DNA of 41,263 nucleotides from a virus, in IMG/VR virus record IMGVR_UViG_3300033512_000103, positions 1-41,263 of that record. The stretch is one strand, 5' to 3'. The notes beneath the pieces were generated by a model. The model saw only the letters and a list, made by a program, of their open reading frames with translations, did not search any database and was not told the DNA's origin. Both the position numbers and the translations under genes were made by a program. Position 1 is the first letter of the stretch. Each line of letters starts with the position of its first letter. Of the stretch, positions 17,853-26,679 are shown piece by piece.

Positions 17853-18779
17853 ATGGCAATAGAAACAGGACAAACAATATCAGCAAGTGACTTTAAGGAC
17901 TCTTCCGCAGGCGCAGGAGACGCAGGTAAAGCTCCTAAATTAAATGGTGACGGAGAACTAGATGAAAGTTTTGGACTAAAAAAAGTTGATATTTTTACTA
18001 CATCAGGAACTTGGACTAAACCTCTTTGGGCTAAATTTGTAGAGGTTATCTTAATTAGTGCTGGTGGCGGTGGTGGAAGTGGACGAAAAGGAACAAGCTC
18101 TGCTGATTCTGGGGGTGCTGGCGGTGGTGGCGGTGGATATTCTCGAACAGTATTTCCAGCTTCTGCAATACCTGATAGCGTTGCTGTTGGTGTCGGTGTT
18201 GGTGGAACTGGCGGTGTTGCTAAATCTTCTGTCGGCAATGGAAATAATGGTGCTGACGGAACTGATAGTACATTCGGAACTCTTATAAAAGCAACTGGTG
18301 GAAAAGGTGGTCAAGGTGGACAAACAGGTGCAGTTGCAACTGCTGGTGCGGGGGGAATTGGTGCTAATGGTGCTTCTGTAAACGGAACTATTGGCGGTGA
18401 GGGTAGAACAAGCGATGGACAAGGTGGAACAGACCACGTTCTTTTTGCTGGTGCAGGTGGTGGGGGTGGTGGCGGTGTTCAATTCGACCCAACAAGAGGT
18501 GGAACTGGCGGTGCTTTAACTGGTGCTGTTGTATTAGCTGGTGGAACTGGTGCTGATAATACCGCAGGCGGTAATGGTAATTCACTTGGGGATAATATTC
18601 CTATGGGTGGTTCAGGTGGCGGTGGTGGTGGTTCTGATGATACAAATAATGGTAAAGCTGGTGGTAATGGTGGTAAATACGGTGGTGGCGGTGGTGGCGG
18701 TGGATATGGAAATGACGCATATAGTAGCGGTGCTGGTGGAAACGGTGCTGACGGTATTGTTATTGTTATAACTAATTAA
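17853..18779 (+). CDS. Glycine-rich domain protein (tail fibre-associated)
   Basis: FTTSGTWTKPLWAKFVEVILISAGGGGGSG is followed by many GGxGG runs. The N-terminal KAPKLNGDGELDESF is fibre-like. Confidence 0.7.
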   Translation: MAIETGQTISASDFKDSSAGAGDAGKAPKLNGDGELDESFGLKKVDIFTTSGTWTKPLWAKFVEVILISAGGGGGSGRKGTSSADSGGAGGGGGGYSRTVFPASAIPDSVAVGVGVGGTGGVAKSSVGNGNNGADGTDSTFGTLIKATGGKGGQGGQTGAVATAGAGGIGANGASVNGTIGGEGRTSDGQGGTDHVLFAGAGGGGGGGVQFDPTRGGTGGALTGAVVLAGGTGADNTAGGNGNSLGDNIPMGGSGGGGGGSDDTNNGKAGGNGGKYGGGGGGGGYGNDAYSSGAGGNGADGIVIVITN

Positions 18780-18784
18780 AGACT

Positions 18785-19138
18785 ATGACAACTTGTATTC
18801 CCCCTTTCACAAATAAAGATGACGAATACACGAAAAGAGAAGATACAAATTCTCCAAAGACTTCCCCATATACAGATAAAGGAAGACACTCAAAAAAGAC
18901 AAGTCCATATTCAAATAGAGAACAGTACACGAGATTGATAAATCCATATACAGATAAGAGCGGACACGCAAAGAAAACAAGTCCATATACAATTATATCA
19001 GATATGATATTAAAAATGGTTAGCCCTTATAACCCTATATGTATTCAGCCACAAGGACAATTTCTATTGATAGATTCATTTAATTTTCTGTTAATAGATA
19101 GCGCAGGGCATAAACTAAACATCAATGGCGGACTATGA
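18785..19138 (+). CDS. Hypothetical protein with repeated SPY / TSPYTDK motifs
   Basis: KTSPYTDKGRHSKKTSPYS and NPYTDKSGHAKKTSPYT come from roughly 45-nt direct repeats at about 18866 and 18944. Confidence 0.5.
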   Translation: MTTCIPPFTNKDDEYTKREDTNSPKTSPYTDKGRHSKKTSPYSNREQYTRLINPYTDKSGHAKKTSPYTIISDMILKMVSPYNPICIQPQGQFLLIDSFNFLLIDSAGHKLNINGGL

Positions 19139-22037
19139 GACTAATAAAAAAATAAATCAATTAGATGAGGCTGTCGTAACTGATGATAGCTATTTTCCTA
19201 TTGGTGATACAGACGGAAAACTAAAACAGGCAAAAAGAACAGAATTGGGTTTAGCTAGTGAGTCAAGTCTAAATAATCACACAGGTAATAAAGATAACCC
19301 ACACGAGGTTACAAAGGAACAGGTCGGACTAGGTAATGTTGACAATACCTCAGATCAAAATAAACCGATATCAGACGATACACAGGAAGCCTTAGATTTG
19401 AAAGCAGATCTGGAAAACGGAAAAGTACCAACATCACAATTACCTTCTTATGTAGACGAAGTGGTTGAGGTAGCAACTTTTACAGCTTTACCGGAGACTG
19501 GTGATAGTGGAAAAATTTATGTAACGATTGATACAAATAAGACCTACCGTTGGGGTGGTACTGTATACGTAGAGATAACCGGAAGTATTACTTTGGGGGA
19601 AACCGCACAAACAGCTTACAGAGGTGACAGAGGTAAAACTGCATATGACCATAGTCAAGAAACAGGAAATCCACACGACACAGAAATAGAAGATATTACG
19701 GACCTAGAGGAGAGATTGGAAAATGCAGAAACACAAGCTGATTATCGTTCAAAAATATCTGGTAGTGACAGCACGCCGGACTATTTAATTTTTAAATTAA
19801 AAGCTGGTGACGGAATTGAATTAGATGTTGGAGAGGGAATAGATGATATCCCTATTACAGATTATGTCGCTGGTTATGATTTTACAGAAAATTTAAACGA
19901 TAGAATTGGAATTAATAACGGACAATTTCAACACGATATTTATAATGTTGGTTCTAATTCTGCGGTAATTGAGGAAGGTTTGGTAATGCAAGGAAATATC
20001 AGTACCGGTTTAAATCATAGAGCTGGTACAGACGCAATAGAATTTGGACGATCAACTGGAGATTATAGAAAGATAGGTCAATCATTTATTTGCCCTAGCG
20101 ACTACGAACTATTTTCAATTTTATGGTTTAGATTTGCTTCTTCAATCGGTACAATAGGTTCTACACAGGTTAAAATATCAATTTGTAGTGATAATGCTGG
20201 TGCGCCCTCAACTGTTTTAATTTCTAAATCAGGTGTTCCTAGTACATTTACAACTATAAAAGATTATTTTTGGACATTTACACAAACGGCCTTAACCGGT
20301 GGGGCAAAATATTGGCTAACTTGGGAGAGTGTAACGCCAAGTGACGCAAATCATTTTAGACTTTATTATGACGCTTCTGGTACTTATGGGGAACTAAAAC
20401 AGTTTAACGGAACTTCTTGGGTAACTGTAGCCGGTACTTTGTATTTCGAACTAATGTCACAAGACGCGGTTGAGTTGAATAATAATATATCCTTATCGCC
20501 ATTGTCGTTCTCAGTATTCTGGAGAATGAAAACTACAAATGGGCTGGTTCAAAACTTATTCTCTGCTGGCAAAGAGGGTTCGTCAGGTTACATTTCTTTT
20601 AGAGGTAATGGAGATACTTTTGCACAGGGTTCACAGGGATATAATGAAATCATATTTGAGAGTAGAACAAATAATGAAGACAATATTTACCTTAGTACAG
20701 GAATAATAATAAATGACGGCGTTGAACACTCATACGGATTATCTAGTGATAGTACCGGATTTTATTTGTATGTCGACGGAAGGTTAGCAGATTCAGGTGC
20801 GCCACTTTCTGATACCGCACTACAAATATTTAGATATATAGGTATTATGGGTCGATCACCAAATGCTTCCTATGGTTTTCCGTTTGAGGGAACATTGCGA
20901 GACGTTATTTTCTTTAATAAACCATTAACAGCTCCACAGTTTTTGACTCTATCAGAGGGAGAAAGTTTGACTTATCAAACAATGATAATCAACTCAACAG
21001 AGCCACAATGGAATACAGAGAAGAGCGGTTACTTTAAAAAAAATACTGACACCCTTGATAGTATTTCGGCAGGTGCAACGAATAAACATTTAACAGCAAC
21101 ACTAAAATCTAATTATGATTCTGCATATTCTCATATCTCCAACAAGAGTAACCCTCACGAAGTTTCCAAATCACAAATAGGTTTAAGTGACGTTGATAAT
21201 ACATCAGACGCAGACAAGCCAATTTCAGAAGCAACTCAAAGTGCTTTAGATGATAAATTAGAAACAGAAAGCGATCCAGTATTTACGTCTTCTGATTTTG
21301 GAAATAAATCGGTTGTTACCGAAATAGGTTCACCTGCCTCTAATGATAATATTCCTACGGAGAAAGCAGTAAAGGACGCACTAACATCTGTATTGATTTA
21401 TAAAGGAACTTGGAATGCAACTACAAATATACCAATAATCTCTGATATAACTGGTGTATCTGGTTGGTTTTACATTGTAAGTGTAGCTGGAACACAAAAT
21501 CTGGGTTCTGGTTCTATAAGTTTTGATATTGGGGATTGGGTTATTCATAATGGCACTAAATGGGAAAAGACAAGTAATGCAGGCGCAATAAGTACAGACG
21601 CTCCTGCAGACGGCAAGACATACGGAAGAAAAGATAGCAATTGGAGTGAGGTTACTGCTACACAATACGGCTATATTTCTTTTATTGTCGGAAATGGAAT
21701 TGATTTAATTGTTAATAATACACGAGGTTACGCTCCACAAATACCTTACGCTGGAACAATAGTCGGTTGGTCAATAACAGAAGTATCGGAAATTCCAATT
21801 TCTAGCTCTATTGCAGTTGATATTTGGAAAGACACGACAGGAAATTATCCGCCAACGGTTGCCGATTCTATTGCTGGAACAGAAAAACCTTTACTTTCAA
21901 ATCAGACAAACAATAAAAATGACACAATAGCTAGTTGGACGAAAACAATAGCGGTAGGGGATTGTATTGGGTTTAATATTGATTCAAATACAAATGCAAA
22001 AAAGATATTAGTCCTTATCAAGATACTAAAATCCTGA
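19125..22037 (+). CDS. Tail fibre protein with a LamG-like module and a duplicated NPHEV..GLGNVDNTSD..KPIS motif
   Basis: The fibre-type motif occurs at aa about 57-93 and 676-711. The LamG-like module at aa about 310-606 is paralogous to ORF 14231. Confidence 0.75.
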   Translation: MADYETNKKINQLDEAVVTDDSYFPIGDTDGKLKQAKRTELGLASESSLNNHTGNKDNPHEVTKEQVGLGNVDNTSDQNKPISDDTQEALDLKADLENGKVPTSQLPSYVDEVVEVATFTALPETGDSGKIYVTIDTNKTYRWGGTVYVEITGSITLGETAQTAYRGDRGKTAYDHSQETGNPHDTEIEDITDLEERLENAETQADYRSKISGSDSTPDYLIFKLKAGDGIELDVGEGIDDIPITDYVAGYDFTENLNDRIGINNGQFQHDIYNVGSNSAVIEEGLVMQGNISTGLNHRAGTDAIEFGRSTGDYRKIGQSFICPSDYELFSILWFRFASSIGTIGSTQVKISICSDNAGAPSTVLISKSGVPSTFTTIKDYFWTFTQTALTGGAKYWLTWESVTPSDANHFRLYYDASGTYGELKQFNGTSWVTVAGTLYFELMSQDAVELNNNISLSPLSFSVFWRMKTTNGLVQNLFSAGKEGSSGYISFRGNGDTFAQGSQGYNEIIFESRTNNEDNIYLSTGIIINDGVEHSYGLSSDSTGFYLYVDGRLADSGAPLSDTALQIFRYIGIMGRSPNASYGFPFEGTLRDVIFFNKPLTAPQFLTLSEGESLTYQTMIINSTEPQWNTEKSGYFKKNTDTLDSISAGATNKHLTATLKSNYDSAYSHISNKSNPHEVSKSQIGLSDVDNTSDADKPISEATQSALDDKLETESDPVFTSSDFGNKSVVTEIGSPASNDNIPTEKAVKDALTSVLIYKGTWNATTNIPIISDITGVSGWFYIVSVAGTQNLGSGSISFDIGDWVIHNGTKWEKTSNAGAISTDAPADGKTYGRKDSNWSEVTATQYGYISFIVGNGIDLIVNNTRGYAPQIPYAGTIVGWSITEVSEIPISSSIAVDIWKDTTGNYPPTVADSIAGTEKPLLSNQTNNKNDTIASWTKTIAVGDCIGFNIDSNTNAKKILVLIKILKS

Positions 22038-22043
22038 TATAAT
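22035..22043 (+). promoter_or_regulatory. Extended -10 promoter TGATATAAT (its TGA is the stop of the preceding gene)
   Basis: tgatataatt at 22035-22044, 12 nt upstream of the ATG at 22056. Confidence 0.5.
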
Positions 22044-22055
22044 TAATAAAAATAT

Positions 22056-24578
22056 ATGATTCAATACATAGATTTAGTAAATGGTTCGGATACATTACAG
22101 ACACAAAATATAAGTACACCGACAGCAAACGTAACTGCAGTAAACAAAGCCAATCCTTGTAAAATTACCTGTTCCGGTGGACACCCATTTCTTACTGGTG
22201 ATTATGTTCGACTTACTAGTATTGGTGGAATGATGCAAATAAACAATGCACAATTTTCAATTACTTATGTAAGTCCAACAGAATTCACTCTTGATGGTAT
22301 TGATTCAACGGCATACACAACATACACATCAGGCGGTGTTGTAATGCCAGTAATTAAAAAAGCCCCTATTTGTTTAGTTACACTTCCAAATCACGGACTA
22401 GGTAATGGTCAGGAAATAAAAATAACTGGTGTACTTAATATGACACAACTTAACGGTAACGTGTATGTAACCGATAGTGTCACAACAAATACATTTTTAC
22501 TAAAAGATACTGACGGAAATTATATTGATTCATCATTATTTAGTGTTCACGCTGGTGGCGGTGTAATAACTTTATCGAGAAAGATGTCAATAAATGGAAT
22601 TACAAAAGCCAATCCTGCGGTAGTTACTGCTAAAAAGCACGGCTTTGTAAATGGAGATATTGTAATTATTGAGGGTGTAAGTGGTATGACACAGGTAAAT
22701 GATATTGCCTTTTTAGTCGCAAATAAGACAACAGATACATTTGAATTGAGCGGTATAAATAGTAGTGCATATTCTGATTATGTTTCTGGTGGAACAGTTA
22801 CAAAACCATTTCTAACAATGAACTTTTTGGAGACATTAAGAGGTGCTTTGACCTCACCTAGAAATTCATTCTTTACAAATGGAGATACGGTAAGATTTGC
22901 TAGGACTTTTTCTTATGGCGCAAGTATAACTGTTGGTAGCGGTAATATTGGATTCACTAGAAATTCAAAGACAATAACAACAAGTGCCGATTTAAGAGCT
23001 TCACTAGCCGTCGGTGATTATGTTGGTAAAACATCGGCAACTCTTAATGGTTGGGATTTGGTTGGTCAGCCAGACAGACCAGAAATCTTTTATAAAATAT
23101 CCGCAATTACCGCCACAACAATAACCATTGATACAAAATATGGCGGACTTACTGGAACGGTAAATAGTGTTTATCGTTTAAGAATTGGAACAGAAATTAG
23201 AGCCACTGGTGTAGCTTCCGCAAATGCTATATCAACATACGGCTCTAATATTATTTATGAGGGCGGTTGGTCGTTTAATGCGGTTGGCACTTTGGCAAGA
23301 GATAGCTCGACAGCTTTTAAATGTGTATCTGCTGGTGATTTTCAAGGTTGGAACTTCTCTGATTTATCATCAATTTGGAGATATCTTTCATCACTTGATT
23401 CTGGTAGAGGATTTACCTCAACGTCTGGTGTTGATTGTCTATTTGAATACTGCTCCTCGAAGACAACTTTATATTACGGCTTTTTCCTTTCTGGTGGTGT
23501 TACACAAACTCTAAACAGAGCAAGTAATTGTTGGGCGATATCCGCAAACTCTGGTGCTTCTGGTCATATGTATTATCTACAAAGTCCGTCAAATAGACTT
23601 GATAACTGTTACGGTATTGCTGATAGTGCGTCAAACGGTTGTGTCCAATGTTTAAACAAACCAACATTAAATAGTTGTTTATTTGAATGTTCGGCAGTGG
23701 GTGCAAACGGTGGTGTAGGTGCTAAACTTTATAATATAAAATTTAATTTATGTACATCACCGTTGATAAATGTTAGCAACGCAACATTTATGTATAATAT
23801 AGAAATTGACGGTGCTACAACTGGAATAATAACTAGTGCTTTAACCACTTCCGTTTTTATTCGTGGCGGTTCAATTAAAAATTGTACAATTGGAATTTCG
23901 AATTATCGTTGTTTCGGTGGAGAAATAAACGGTGTATCTTTTTCTGGTAATGCTGTTGATATCCAATTTGATGAATACTCTGGTGATATTGATGTTGTTG
24001 ATTGTTCAACTAATGCCCCACTAAACTGGTTCATTTCGAGAACACTTTATACACCACCAATTAAAGTATTGAGATGTTCTATTGACGCCCCTAGTGTTGC
24101 AAAAGCAATTCAGACCGTTGCTGGTGATAATTATATGAAGCCTCAATACTATGTACAAAATAGTTTCGGTATTCCGTCTGGTAAATATTTTGCTTATGGT
24201 GCTTATGTAGAGGACACAACAGACTATCGAACTAGCGGTTACTCAATGAAATTAATGTGGAACTCAACACTTGCTGGATTAACTTATCCAAATAGGATAG
24301 CTTCTACTTATGTAACTGGCGGTGTGGCTAAAACATTTCACTATTATATTAAACGTGATTCAGGCGCTTGGTCTGGTACAATTACCCCAATACTCGCATT
24401 AAATGGTAAGATAATTAAAACTGGTTCTGATATTACTGCACTAAATAACGATTGGAATACTGAATACACTTTATCGGCAAGTGCAGGTGAAGTTACAGAG
24501 GACGGTGATTTAACACTTGGATTTATCTATAACGCAAACAATATTCCTATTTGGATAGATGATGTAACTATTACATAG
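22056..24578 (+). CDS. Tailspike / receptor-binding protein: three tandem beta-barrel repeats of about 75 aa plus a parallel beta-helix (depolymerase-like)
   Basis: The repeats are ANPCKITCSGGHPFLTGDYVRL..., APICLVTLPNHGLGNGQEIKI... and ANPAVVTAKKHGFVNGDIVII.... The C-terminal half has periodic N/C/G-rich turns (NCWAIS, NCYGIA, NSCLFE, NLCTSP, KNCTIG) typical of beta-helix coils. Confidence 0.7.
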   Translation: MIQYIDLVNGSDTLQTQNISTPTANVTAVNKANPCKITCSGGHPFLTGDYVRLTSIGGMMQINNAQFSITYVSPTEFTLDGIDSTAYTTYTSGGVVMPVIKKAPICLVTLPNHGLGNGQEIKITGVLNMTQLNGNVYVTDSVTTNTFLLKDTDGNYIDSSLFSVHAGGGVITLSRKMSINGITKANPAVVTAKKHGFVNGDIVIIEGVSGMTQVNDIAFLVANKTTDTFELSGINSSAYSDYVSGGTVTKPFLTMNFLETLRGALTSPRNSFFTNGDTVRFARTFSYGASITVGSGNIGFTRNSKTITTSADLRASLAVGDYVGKTSATLNGWDLVGQPDRPEIFYKISAITATTITIDTKYGGLTGTVNSVYRLRIGTEIRATGVASANAISTYGSNIIYEGGWSFNAVGTLARDSSTAFKCVSAGDFQGWNFSDLSSIWRYLSSLDSGRGFTSTSGVDCLFEYCSSKTTLYYGFFLSGGVTQTLNRASNCWAISANSGASGHMYYLQSPSNRLDNCYGIADSASNGCVQCLNKPTLNSCLFECSAVGANGGVGAKLYNIKFNLCTSPLINVSNATFMYNIEIDGATTGIITSALTTSVFIRGGSIKNCTIGISNYRCFGGEINGVSFSGNAVDIQFDEYSGDIDVVDCSTNAPLNWFISRTLYTPPIKVLRCSIDAPSVAKAIQTVAGDNYMKPQYYVQNSFGIPSGKYFAYGAYVEDTTDYRTSGYSMKLMWNSTLAGLTYPNRIASTYVTGGVAKTFHYYIKRDSGAWSGTITPILALNGKIIKTGSDITALNNDWNTEYTLSASAGEVTEDGDLTLGFIYNANNIPIWIDDVTIT

Positions 24579-24579
24579 A

Positions 24580-24732
24580 ATGTTATTACCAATTTACAAA
24601 GGAAAACCATTAATTTTAAACAACGACGCAGGTAGTGGAAAGATACCTTTAATGTGCGGAGAGGTTGCGCCTATTTTGGGTAGCTATATTCCAACACAGG
24701 AAAAGTCAGAATGGGTGGCTAATATAAATTAA
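24580..24732 (+). CDS. Small hypothetical protein (50 aa, below the track cutoff)
   Basis: ATG at 24580, directly after the tailspike stop; TAA at 24730-32. Confidence 0.4.
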   Translation: MLLPIYKGKPLILNNDAGSGKIPLMCGEVAPILGSYIPTQEKSEWVANIN

Positions 24733-24736
24733 AATT

Positions 24737-24964
24737 ATGATAACCAGAACAATTGGAACAAAAAAATATACAATAGATAGATTAAATTACCATATACTCG
24801 GTAATGACGAACACCTTGCTATTATTTTTAAGGTAGAAGACGAGGACAGAACTTACTATTACCAAATGGATTTTAATGAAGATGAGTTAAAATTAGTAAT
24901 GGATATTTTAGAAAATAACTTTGCAGATTATATTGTTCAGCGTATAGAAAGCGAACACGTTTAA
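24737..24964 (+). CDS. Hypothetical protein
   Basis: 75-aa ORF with no motif. Confidence 0.55.
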   Translation: MITRTIGTKKYTIDRLNYHILGNDEHLAIIFKVEDEDRTYYYQMDFNEDELKLVMDILENNFADYIVQRIESEHV

Positions 24965-24973
24965 TGTTATAAT
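24965..24973 (+). promoter_or_regulatory. Extended -10 promoter TGTTATAAT, 7 nt upstream of the ATG at 24981 (leaderless)
   Basis: tgttataat at 24965-24973, then attgtat, then atg. Confidence 0.6.
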
Positions 24974-24980
24974 ATTGTAT

Positions 24981-25301
24981 ATGCCAGAATTTACAAAAAT
25001 AGAAAGAGAAGATCCGGTAATAATCCCTGCTACAGAGGAAAAGGTCTATGATAAGTATTGGATATCTGAGATTTTGATAACATCTAAAGCCGGTGGTAGC
25101 ACATTTATTAGTGCGACATTAATTCCTTATAATGGATCTGAAACCATAAATGATCCGGTCAGGAAAATTGTTATAGATGATGTCTTTGGCGCAATCCAAG
25201 ATCCTTCTCGTCCAGAAGCCTTGAGAATGTTACTTGCTCAAACAATGGAGTCCTTCTTTTTGGTCGTTAAGGGTGAAATTAGCTATCAGGATTCAAAATA
25301 A
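24981..25301 (+). CDS. Hypothetical protein (106 aa from the ATG at 24981; the track start at 24975 is TTG)
   Basis: The ATG sits at the leaderless distance from the -10 element. Confidence 0.55.
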   Translation: MPEFTKIEREDPVIIPATEEKVYDKYWISEILITSKAGGSTFISATLIPYNGSETINDPVRKIVIDDVFGAIQDPSRPEALRMLLAQTMESFFLVVKGEISYQDSK

Positions 25302-25337
25302 TTCACGCAATAACACCTCTTTTTTTATTGTCAAAAA

Positions 25338-25346
25338 TGTTATAAT
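25338..25346 (+). promoter_or_regulatory. Extended -10 promoter TGTTATAAT, 6 nt upstream of the ATG at 25353 (leaderless)
   Basis: tgttataat at 25338-25346, then ataggt, then atg. Confidence 0.6.
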
Positions 25347-25352
25347 ATAGGT

Positions 25353-25787
25353 ATGTTAGAAAGTGTGCCTATAGAATTTATTGGTATTTCTGATAATGCG
25401 ATAACCTTTAGAGACGTATCAGTCATCTTTGACGGACTAAAATTTACTACAAAGAAAGGCTATATTACAGACGGCGCTTCTATTCCTAAGTGGTTTTGGT
25501 CTTTGGGGCTACACCCATTTCAGGGCGATACTCTTACTCCAGCTATATTCCACGATATATTTTATCAAACAAGACGATACTCGCGATTTACTTGCGATTG
25601 GAATTTTCTATATTTAATGAAAAAGAACAATGTCAGCTTCCTTAAAAGGTGGTCGTATTTTTTGGCTGTAAGATTATTTGGCTGGATTGCTTACGGATTT
25701 CACAAGGCAGGAATTGAAGAACGAGCAAAACAATTTCTCAAGGTCGAATTAATAAAGCCTTTAGACGGCAGTTTTAAACCTGCGTAA
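25353..25787 (+). CDS. DUF1353-family protein
   Basis: GYITDGASIPKWFW...AIFHDIFY matches the TDGASIP...HD.LY signature of DUF1353. Confidence 0.7.
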   Translation: MLESVPIEFIGISDNAITFRDVSVIFDGLKFTTKKGYITDGASIPKWFWSLGLHPFQGDTLTPAIFHDIFYQTRRYSRFTCDWNFLYLMKKNNVSFLKRWSYFLAVRLFGWIAYGFHKAGIEERAKQFLKVELIKPLDGSFKPA

Positions 25788-25827
25788 AATTATATAAGTA
25801 CATTCTAAAAACAAAAAGGAGAATACT

Positions 25828-26625
25828 ATGAGAACGAATGAGATAATCCTGACAGAACGAGAAAAGAGAATTGTTCGTCAGAGCTTGGTCGCTATTCCAC
25901 CGCGCAAGCCGGTCCATATCAAGGTCGGTCGAAGGTTCAAATTCGGGTATTTTGCTGACGCTCATATGGGCGAAAAGCATTTTCACGAAGAACTTTGGCG
26001 CGAGATGATCAGGGTATTTCGTCGAGAAGGTGTTAAGCACGTCTACAGTGCCGGAGACAATCTCGAAGGAATGTCTGGTCGTGAAGGACACATCTACGAG
26101 TTGGCGCATATCGGAGCGTCGGCTCAACTGGCATATGCCGAGCAAATGTTCGGACTAGCCAAAGACATCAAATTCCATATCATTGACGGAAACCACGACG
26201 CTTGGTTCAAGGACAAGAACAATGCCGGCTTAGTTGCCGGTGCGGAACTTGCCAGACGTTGTAAAAACGTCCAGTTTCTTGGTGAATGGGAAGCCGACGT
26301 AAAACTCGGTGACAACTGCACAATGAAACTGTTTCACGGAAACGACGGAACAAGTTATGCGGATTCCTACAAAATCCAAAAACTTATTGAGTCGTTTGAA
26401 GGCGGAAAGAAACCGAACATTATTCTGTCTGGTCATTACCACAAACAAGTGGCGATTTTCAGACGAAACGTGTTCGGATTCGAATGTGGAACTCTCTGTG
26501 GTCAAACCCGTTTTATGCGTGGCAAGAAATTGCAGGCACATCTTGGGTTCGGGATCATTGAAGTATGGACGAGTGGTGACGGGGTCGAAAGACTGCGCCA
26601 CGAATTCTTCCCATATTTCGATTGA
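25828..26625 (+). CDS. Calcineurin-like metallophosphoesterase
   Basis: The ordered MPE motifs are present: DAHMG (DxH), GDNLEG (GDxxD/E), GNHD (GNHD/E), a later H (FHGND) and GHYH (GH.H). A strong SD (aaggag) lies 6 nt upstream. Confidence 0.85.
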   Translation: MRTNEIILTEREKRIVRQSLVAIPPRKPVHIKVGRRFKFGYFADAHMGEKHFHEELWREMIRVFRREGVKHVYSAGDNLEGMSGREGHIYELAHIGASAQLAYAEQMFGLAKDIKFHIIDGNHDAWFKDKNNAGLVAGAELARRCKNVQFLGEWEADVKLGDNCTMKLFHGNDGTSYADSYKIQKLIESFEGGKKPNIILSGHYHKQVAIFRRNVFGFECGTLCGQTRFMRGKKLQAHLGFGIIEVWTSGDGVERLRHEFFPYFD

Positions 26626-26629
26626 TTAC

Positions 26630-26659
26630 AAGGGGGTATAAAAACCCCCTTTTGTTTTC
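26630..26659 (+). terminator. Rho-independent terminator
   Basis: aaggggg-tataaaa-accccctt stem-loop, followed by tttgtttt. Confidence 0.8.
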
Positions 26660-26679
26660 TAAAAGCGAAAGGAGATATT

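Noticed and set aside
18051-18771. Alternative-frame ORFs over the Gly-rich gene (18051-18482 minus, 18058-18288 plus, 18388-18585 minus, 18541-18771 plus).
   Set aside because: They are artefacts of the GGT/GGC-rich quasi-repeat, which lacks stop codons in several frames. Only frame 17853-18779 has a sensible N-terminal domain and gene context.
14723-20942. The paralogous tail-protein modules, considered as template and variable repeats of a diversity-generating retroelement.
   Set aside because: No reverse transcriptase or accessory gene is present. The two copies are highly diverged at the protein level, not near-identical with adenine-specific differences.
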